Assembly: GCA_965371285.1 (NCBI GenBank)
Contig: CBDUXU010000002.1
Coordinates: 1 to 36,704, forward strand
DNA from: an uncultured bacterium
GTDB lineage: Bacteria > Desulfobacterota > GWC2-55-46 > DRQE01
Reading direction: 5' to 3'
Length of the DNA stretch: 36,704 nt
Numbering within the stretch: position 1 is the stretch's first letter; every line of letters starts with the position of its first letter. Positions 1-6,149 of the stretch are shown here, one piece after another. A model generated the notes under the pieces. The model saw only the letters and a program-made list of their open reading frames with translations. It had not been told where the DNA came from and ran no database searches. The translations under genes and the position numbers were made by a program.

Positions 1-131
1 CCCGCCACAGGAGAAGGTCAGTCATGAGTAAGTTCCTCTCCCCGGCAAACATGACTTGCAACACTCTGTGTTTGAATCCACTAAAAAATACAAAAATATC
101 TACTAGCCTGTTGCCTGCAGGCAGAGCCTGC

Positions 132-1421
132 CTACTGGATTAGTTCGGAAATCTCACCATAACTTGTTGTGTGGAAGTATTTTGCCATAAGCTGGTCCAT
201 CTTCACCTCAAGCACTTGTATATCTTTATCGTATAGTTCCAAGTGAAACCTACTTGCATTGCTTGTAAAAACATCAAAAACCTTAGGGTCAAAATGTGTG
301 CCCCTTTTAGGCTCTATGATGGATATAGTCTTTTCGAAAGAAAAAGGTTCTTTATAAGGTCTTTTCATAAGAAGGGCATCAAAGACATCTACAATGGCAA
401 AGAGCCTTGCTCCAATTGGTATATCGTTACCCTTTAAACCTTCCATATAACCATCGCCATTATATCTTTCATGGTGGTACTGTATAATATCCAAAGCATC
501 TACCAACCAACTATGATTTTCTATTATCTCAACACCATGAGTAACATGTTCCCTCATAATTTTCATCTCATCAACATCTAACTTACCCCTTTTTAACAAT
601 ATACTATCAGGAATACCAATTTTACCTACATCATGAAGAAGAGAGCCTTTAATGACGCTTCTAATTGTGCTATGTCCAAGCCCGTAAGCCTCCCCGAGCA
701 TAACAGACAAAAGGGTGACACGAACATTATGGTCGTTTGTATCGTAGTCTCTCTTCTCTGTAGCAGTTCCCAGTATCTCAAGCAGTTTTAAATTTGAAGC
801 AAGGAGGGTTTCAGAATGTTTTATTATTTTATTGTTGAGCCTGAGGATTATAGGATAAAATATAATTGTTGCCAGTGACAAAGCTATAATTACAATTACT
901 ACGGAATAAAATATCTGGTTATAGATAGATGCTATCATTGCACTATCTATATGAAAAATACCTTCAACATAACCTTTAATCACTTTATCCTTATCTCTAA
1001 TGGGGGAGACGACAAAGACATAGGACTCTCCATCCAAGTCCTTGATATAGGAATTTACAGAGTCTTCGAACAGGTGTCTGTGGTCATGTTCCCTGCCAAA
1101 TTTCTTTAAAAAAACATAGTCCTTGTTAGGAGTTTCGTATATTATCTTTTGGTGGGCATCATAAATCTCAATATTAACAAAACGCCCGATGTTTACCGCC
1201 TTATCCATATGGGCAGTCAGGTCGTCAGCAGCGGCCTTTGCCTGGTCATAGTGCTCTCTTAGGTGCGAGGCCTCCTCTACAGCAAGCTTTGCAACACTAT
1301 TATTAATTGATTTAATATTGTAGAAATAGATTACAGCAGAAAGGATTGACGATAAAATAAACCAGCTGATAAACATCCTGCCCAAAAGCCATCTATGCAT
1401 ATTTCTTTCATTTTTTGCCAT
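132..1421 (-). CDS. Membrane-anchored HD-GYP-type cyclic-di-GMP phosphodiesterase with an extracytoplasmic sensor region
   Basis: 429-aa ORF. HD motif LLHDVGKIGIP, then HHERYNGDGYMEG (HHExxDGxGYP signature, here GYM instead of GYP). Two hydrophobic segments (FISWFILSSILSAVIYFY and IFYSVVIVIIALSLATIIFYPII) flank about 140 aa. AGGAGA lies 7 nt upstream of the ATG. Confidence 0.85.
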   Translation of the reverse strand: MAKNERNMHRWLLGRMFISWFILSSILSAVIYFYNIKSINNSVAKLAVEEASHLREHYDQAKAAADDLTAHMDKAVNIGRFVNIEIYDAHQKIIYETPNKDYVFLKKFGREHDHRHLFEDSVNSYIKDLDGESYVFVVSPIRDKDKVIKGYVEGIFHIDSAMIASIYNQIFYSVVIVIIALSLATIIFYPIILRLNNKIIKHSETLLASNLKLLEILGTATEKRDYDTNDHNVRVTLLSVMLGEAYGLGHSTIRSVIKGSLLHDVGKIGIPDSILLKRGKLDVDEMKIMREHVTHGVEIIENHSWLVDALDIIQYHHERYNGDGYMEGLKGNDIPIGARLFAIVDVFDALLMKRPYKEPFSFEKTISIIEPKRGTHFDPKVFDVFTSNASRFHLELYDKDIQVLEVKMDQLMAKYFHTTSYGEISELIQ

Positions 1422-1541
1422 AAGACTTTCTCCTAGTAATTACCAGCTTTGCAGTGACAAAAATTATAATTTGGCCGGAAGTTTTATTAAATACCTATTT
1501 AAAAACAAGTAAATGGTATTTTGAAACTAATCAAGGGAACT

Positions 1542-1979
1542 TTATATGATGAATGAAGTGCCTTTTTCGACAACTAAACGGATAAAGTCTCCAAAATCCC
1601 TATCTGCTGTTTTGATATGATTTATATTCCAATCTATCAGGAGATCCTTCATTTTTTTAGTGCCGGACCACTTAGCAGTGCTGCTGTATTCAAATAAGGA
1701 TGTTTTGAGCTTTTCAAATTCTTTTACAAAATGCCCGTGCTCTGACTTATGGTCTTCGTATTTAGGGTAACCCCTCCTTAGCATAATGGACTCTTCCATC
1801 TCAAAATGAGTATTCAAAGAACTTTCGAGAGAATTTAGAGCCTTCAGCACATCTTCCCTGGGTTTCTTTTTCTCAACTGCCCTGCAGAGATAATTTATTG
1901 TATCTAAAATCTCCTTATGCTGTTCATCTACGGAGAAATAACCAATCCTAAGTTCCTCTATTATATGGTCTGCTTCCAT
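1542..1979 (-). CDS. Single-domain bacteriohemerythrin-like di-iron protein
   Basis: 145-aa ORF with hemerythrin spacing of metal ligands: VDEQHKEIL, NTHFEMEE, EDHKSEHGHF, IDWNINHIKTADRDF. Confidence 0.8.
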   Translation of the reverse strand: MEADHIIEELRIGYFSVDEQHKEILDTINYLCRAVEKKKPREDVLKALNSLESSLNTHFEMEESIMLRRGYPKYEDHKSEHGHFVKEFEKLKTSLFEYSSTAKWSGTKKMKDLLIDWNINHIKTADRDFGDFIRLVVEKGTSFII

Positions 1980-2063
1980 AACTCCCTCTCACTATAAACC
2001 TTATTCCTGATTTAAAGGTTCACTTATATTGCTGCTGCTTTCCTAATTAAGCTGCCAGCTTCC

Positions 2064-3068
2064 TTATAGTTTCTCTGCTCTGATTTCTCCAGATGTACCC
2101 AAACCTATGGTAAAAGGAAAGGATACATAATGCTGTCTTTGTTTTGCCTTGTCGTCATGAATCGCAAGGGCAAAGGAAAACTGGTCACCATCTGCGAGCG
2201 CAACATCTTTTGGGTTTCCAGTATTAAGTTTTCTTTTAAAAACAACCGAATACCTGCCGTCCTCGAAGCTGCCGCTTGCAATTATGTCATTTTTATCATA
2301 ATCCCTGTCTTCCAGTATCCATCCGTCTTTAGACTTTATATGGTTGCCGTTAATTTCTGCCACCCAAACATCAATAAAACTTCCCTCCAAAGTGAGAGCC
2401 TTAAGTTCTTCATCACTTTTAATATCAGCCCAACCTCCTCCGTCTGTTCTTGAATAGGAAGTATATAGCCTGATATTGTCTCTGTTCTTTTTTGAATAAT
2501 AAGGGTGTTTCCTCACTTCACTGTGGGAGATACTCTCAGGCATTGAATCTGCCGATGAATGGCAGGAAAGCATGCAGCCGTATTTCTTGAAAAGTTTTTG
2601 GTCTTTATTAATCTGTAGGGAAACCCTATCGGGGCTGCCGTTTTCTGAACTGTACCAGCTGGTACCCTTAGACTTCCATTTTACTTTAATATAGATAAAC
2701 TCGTCATCGTAAGCAGCCTGAACCTTGGAAGAAAAGAAACCTTTTTTGTCCGGAATAGGGCTAGGTTCAAATAGTTTGCGGGATTTTTTCATCTTAAGCC
2801 TGCCGGCGGCAATCTCTTCGGTCATAATGTCATACTCGCCGCTGTCGGATACGTGACAGGTCTTACACTGTTTTTTCCCTCTTTTGATATTTCGCGCGCC
2901 AAGACTATGGTCAGGACTGTTTAAAAATTCCCAGTTAGCAACTCCCGGGTAAAACAGAGTTATTTCTTCCTCAGGAATGGACGACCAGTCAGGCTCTGCT
3001 ACTGCAGAATTTGATATAAACAGGCTAAAAAACACAACTAAAACAAATAAAAATAGAAACTTTTTCAT
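2064..3068 (-). CDS. Secreted haem protein, ethylbenzene-dehydrogenase-gamma / DMSO-reductase-like haem-binding (EB_dh) family, with a c-type CxxCH site
   Basis: The ORF track runs to 3113. I prefer the in-frame ATG at 3068: a G-run (GGGGGG) ends 6 nt upstream, and it yields a classical signal peptide MKKFLFLFVLVVFFSLFISNSAVA/EP. Also CKTCH motif, a second CMLSCH, and the C-terminal pattern RYSVVFKRKL...FALAIHDD typical of EB_dh-like domains. Confidence 0.7.
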   Translation of the reverse strand: MKKFLFLFVLVVFFSLFISNSAVAEPDWSSIPEEEITLFYPGVANWEFLNSPDHSLGARNIKRGKKQCKTCHVSDSGEYDIMTEEIAAGRLKMKKSRKLFEPSPIPDKKGFFSSKVQAAYDDEFIYIKVKWKSKGTSWYSSENGSPDRVSLQINKDQKLFKKYGCMLSCHSSADSMPESISHSEVRKHPYYSKKNRDNIRLYTSYSRTDGGGWADIKSDEELKALTLEGSFIDVWVAEINGNHIKSKDGWILEDRDYDKNDIIASGSFEDGRYSVVFKRKLNTGNPKDVALADGDQFSFALAIHDDKAKQRQHYVSFPFTIGLGTSGEIRAEKL

Positions 3069-3812
3069 CTTAGACCCCCCGGTAAAATTAAAAGTTAGAC
3101 TACTAATTATCAAAAAATCCCAAGATGTCAGACTAGTACTTTAAAACGCCCCTCCCCGAGCTTACAATGAGCTTTCAAGTTTTACTACTTCTGACTGTCT
3201 ACGACAGTTTACGTCAGATAGTTCCAAGTACTTCACAGCGTCATTAAAAATATGATGCCACCTGAAATTCCCGCGGTGGAACCGCAAGATTTTTTGACCC
3301 TCTATCACACTAATGTTAATTCCAGCAACTTGCTTATCTAAACTTAAATCTTTTGTTCTTTCTTCTTAAGACAACTCTCTACAGACTGCAATTTTCGATA
3401 ACCACTTTGAGCTAGATGTCAGTACATTTCTTACCCTAATGGGCAGTTTCTTTAGTTAGGTTCCAATTGTTATAAATTTCAAGATTTAATTTAAACACAT
3501 AATTAAAAATCGGTCAAGGCTAAATAAATCATTTAAAAACAAATACTTACAGCATCTCTATGGTTACAATAGGAGCCTGGAATTGTCACAAAGTGAGGTT
3601 TAAATTTAAAGACCGGATAACAAAACCTACCCTCTAAAGCTAATCTTTCTATTTAAGCAAATTATTCGCTTTTTAAAAATAGGGAATTATACCTATATGT
3701 GCAGAACCTGTTATTTTAATAAGATAAAGCTTTATGGTGTATAACGATAGAAAGTGTGAGAGTGGAATTGATTTATAACTTTACCTGAATTTAGTCAACA
3801 AACATAACTTAA

Positions 3813-4865
3813 CTAATAAATTTCTAGACTTTTGGACAGCCTTAAAGCCTCTATTCTATTGCTAACCTGGAGTTTTTTATATATGTTATCCAGATGGTTC
3901 TGGACAGTCTTTATTGATATACCGAGTCCGGCTGCAATCTCCTTATCCTGTTTGCCAAGCGCCATAAAGGAAAGAACATCTCTTTCCCTTTTAGTGAGTT
4001 TTAAATAGAGCTTCACGCTGTTTTTTTCTATATCAAAAACAACAAGGTAACCGCTGCCTTTATATTTGATAGACCCGTGATGATTTTTCTCCAGCCTATA
4101 GACACTAAACCTGTTTTCACCAAGTATAGAAGAAATATTATTAAGATAGAAACAACCGGGAGCATTGCCATGGGCAACCTTATTTAAAAAATCGGCCTCC
4201 CTCAAAATCCCCTCCGGCATAAGTTCCCCGTCGCTGCATAAAACTCCGCTCTCTTTTAAAATAATCTTTCCTATTTCATTAGCATAAACCAACTCACACC
4301 TGTCATTGACTACCAAAACCCCGTTATAATAGGAATTATCTATGCTAGAGAAATCAAAAAAGTTAAGTTTGCTTAACCAAATATACTTACTATAAGCATA
4401 ATATATATAAGGGGTGTACCTTTCCGACTCTCTAAAATCCGCAAGGCTATAGGGCTGATCTTTCTTTCTTATAAACCCTATACCCCCTACAGGTACCTTC
4501 CTTGTATCAAAAAATGTCGTTTGAAAAGAATGTTTAATGTCTTCGGGTTCATACCTCTCCTTATAAGCAGGGTTTTTCCTAAATTCAGCATCTCTAAAAT
4601 TTGCGTAAGCGTAAGTACAAAAACCGCCATCAATAGAGATATCTTTAAGGTCATAAAGCTTGGGTGAGTTAAGAAGATGATAGACAAAACTGTGGGGGTA
4701 TTTATAACAAACTGTCCTGCTGTCCCAAGTCAAGTTGCCAATATTGGAAATTGCCGCACAGTAACTGTCCGTAAACTTTGCCATAGGCTTTAACATGCCA
4801 TCCCTTATTGAATCAGGGGTATTAAGCAAAACAGAGCGCTTGTATATGTCACTAATGTTACTCAT
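3813..4865 (-). CDS. LuxR/FixJ-family HTH transcriptional regulator with an N-terminal sensor region containing a PAS-like segment
   Basis: 350-aa ORF. C-terminal LTKRERDVLSFMALGKQDKEIAAGLGISIKTVQNHLDNIYKKLQVSNRIEA is a canonical LuxR-type HTH. GVLVVNDRCELVYANEIGKIIL resembles a PAS core. Confidence 0.85.
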   Translation of the reverse strand: MSNISDIYKRSVLLNTPDSIRDGMLKPMAKFTDSYCAAISNIGNLTWDSRTVCYKYPHSFVYHLLNSPKLYDLKDISIDGGFCTYAYANFRDAEFRKNPAYKERYEPEDIKHSFQTTFFDTRKVPVGGIGFIRKKDQPYSLADFRESERYTPYIYYAYSKYIWLSKLNFFDFSSIDNSYYNGVLVVNDRCELVYANEIGKIILKESGVLCSDGELMPEGILREADFLNKVAHGNAPGCFYLNNISSILGENRFSVYRLEKNHHGSIKYKGSGYLVVFDIEKNSVKLYLKLTKRERDVLSFMALGKQDKEIAAGLGISIKTVQNHLDNIYKKLQVSNRIEALRLSKSLEIY

Positions 4866-4950
4866 AAATAAATAACTCTTTCTTCAATATTAAATCTATA
4901 AATATAAATTGTTTAACTAATTTTTTTATAGATTTCTCCGCTTCAACAGT

Positions 4951-4956
4951 TATAAT
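4951..4956 (+). promoter_or_regulatory. Candidate -10 hexamer TATAAT placed so that transcription would start at or next to the ATG of the hydrolase gene (possible leaderless mRNA)
   Basis: TATAAT at 4951-4956, 6-nt spacer GACACA, ATG at 4963. No Shine-Dalgarno between them. T-tract upstream, no good -35. Confidence 0.3.
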
Positions 4957-4962
4957 GACACA

Positions 4963-5805
4963 ATGAATGATTATATTAACATAAATAATATCAAAATTAA
5001 CTACTTTGACAACAAAAAAAAACTTCCACCCATAGTATTTTTACACGGAAACTCACAGTCCTCTTCCATATTTATAAACCAGCTGGAAGACCCGGTATTA
5101 ATTGAGAGTTTTCGCCTCTTGGCAATAGACCTGCCCGGTCATGGCAGGTCGGAGAAGCCGGTAAACCCCGAAGAGGTCTACTCAATTGCCGGCTATGGTG
5201 AAATATTAAAAAAATTCTGCGAAAAACTCAATTTAAAAAAAGTCACTTTTGTAGGGTTCTCACTGGGAGGGCATATACTGCTTGAAGCTCTGTATGCATT
5301 GCCAGCATCAGGGATTGTAATAACAGGAACTCCTCCTATATCAAAAATGGATGATTTTGCAGATGCGCTGCTTATAGCAGTCGATGATTTTTCATACGCC
5401 TTTAATGAAAAATTCAGCAATCAGGACATTGAATTTATTTGTGCTGCCCAGTTTTCCCCTGATTTTGAAAAAAGTAAAATACCAAAGTCTATAAAAAATG
5501 ACTTAAGGGATACAGATGGTAATGCAAGAGTGTTTATGGGTGCAAGCCTTGCAAGAGGCGGACATAAAGATGAGAAAAAAATAATAGAAGACCTCAAAAT
5601 ACCTATTGCCATAATACATGGCAGAAATGAAATCCTGGTAAAAGAGTCATACCTATCTTCTCTTAGGGCGCCAAGCCTTTGGAAAAATGAAGTTTGTGTT
5701 ATTAAAGATGCGGGGCATGCCGCTTTTCTTGAGAATCCCGAAACCTTCAATAAAACCTTATTTGACTTTGCAAATTCCTTGCAGTCAGAGCCAACAAATC
5801 TCTAA
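4963..5805 (+). CDS. Alpha/beta-fold hydrolase
   Basis: 280-aa ORF. PPIVFLHGN oxyanion region, nucleophile elbow GFSLGG, C-terminal DAGHAAFLENPE (catalytic His region). Confidence 0.85.
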   Translation: MNDYININNIKINYFDNKKKLPPIVFLHGNSQSSSIFINQLEDPVLIESFRLLAIDLPGHGRSEKPVNPEEVYSIAGYGEILKKFCEKLNLKKVTFVGFSLGGHILLEALYALPASGIVITGTPPISKMDDFADALLIAVDDFSYAFNEKFSNQDIEFICAAQFSPDFEKSKIPKSIKNDLRDTDGNARVFMGASLARGGHKDEKKIIEDLKIPIAIIHGRNEILVKESYLSSLRAPSLWKNEVCVIKDAGHAAFLENPETFNKTLFDFANSLQSEPTNL

Positions 5806-5866
5806 CCGAAAGTTATGTTTTTTTTTGTTATTGAGTCCGGCATCAGCATCACGGCGTCACGCTGCC
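5795..5866. repeat. Copy 1 of a ~72-bp direct repeat, overlapping the last codons and stop of the hydrolase gene
   Basis: CAAATCTCTAACCGAAAGTTATG-T-run-TTATTGAGTCCGGCATCAGCATCACGGCGTCACGC, compared with copy 2 at 5970-6041. Most positions identical by eye. Confidence 0.75.
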
Positions 5867-5891
5867 TCTCTCCTGCCAGCAAGCGTGACGC
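5854..5891 (+). terminator. GC-rich hairpin about 50 nt downstream of the hydrolase stop (possible terminator or structured element)
   Basis: Perfect 10-bp stem GCGTCACGCT (5854-5863) / AGCGTGACGC (5882-5891) with an 18-nt loop. No T-run follows, so intrinsic-terminator status is uncertain. Confidence 0.35.
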
Positions 5892-5969
5892 TTGACCCAA
5901 TTTAAGTACAACATTTGAGGATTACTTTATATTTAATAAGTAAATTAAGTTGCTTGCAGGTGCAACCTG

Positions 5970-6041
5970 CAAATCTCTAACTGAATAGTTATGGATTTTT
6001 TTATTATTAAGTCCGGCATCAGCATCATGCTGTCACGCCGG
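5970..6041. repeat. Copy 2 of the ~72-bp direct repeat
   Basis: CAAATCTCTAACTGAATAGTTATGGA-T-run-TTATTAAGTCCGGCATCAGCATCATGCTGTCACGCCGG. This copy has its own hairpin (CCGGC 6013-6017 / GCCGG 6037-6041, inner CAGCAT/ATGCTG). It is preceded by the hairpin TTGCAGG-TGCAA-CCTGCAA (5954-5972). Confidence 0.75.
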
Positions 6042-6070
6042 CAAAATCAAATGACGGACCAGCGATTTTA

Positions 6071-6098
6071 ATGTTATAATTGTCTTCATGTTATAATT
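6071..6098 (+). promoter_or_regulatory. Two tandem extended -10 promoter motifs (TGnTATAAT) upstream of putA
   Basis: ATGTTATAATT at 6071-6081 and again at 6088-6098, 17 bp apart. The second TATAAT (6092-6097) lies 53 nt upstream of the putA ATG. The same 10-mer recurs at 11322-11331. Confidence 0.5.
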
Positions 6099-6149
6099 AA
6101 AAACAGGAAACATGCCACATTAAGCCAAGCAAGGAGTCTTATTCTTATA

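Noticed and set aside
1-52. Possible 5' end of a minus-strand ORF running out of the window. In-frame ATGs at 52 and 25, GGAGAGG upstream of the second, translation MFAGERNLLMTDLLLWR...
   Set aside because: At most 17 codons are visible and no family signature can be read. A plus-strand reading that ends at TGA 25-27 is equally possible. I cannot support it as a feature.
100-131. Palindrome TGCCTGCAGGCA (111-122) downstream of the HD-GYP gene, considered as an intrinsic terminator.
   Set aside because: The effective stem is only 4-6 bp with almost no loop, and the T-rich tract on the minus strand is about 15 nt away. Too weak to call.
3813-4865. LuxR-family regulator considered as an acyl-homoserine-lactone quorum-sensing receptor, with the divergent hydrolase as a quorum-quenching enzyme.
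   Set aside because: The N-terminal 280 aa do not show the autoinducer-binding pattern I would expect, no LuxI-type synthase is present, and the hydrolase is a generic alpha/beta-fold enzyme. No support beyond the HTH family.
5795-6041. The 72-bp direct repeat considered as a CRISPR array or MITE.
   Set aside because: There are only two copies, no regular repeat-spacer periodicity, no terminal inverted repeats or target-site duplication that I can see, and no cas or transposase genes in the window.
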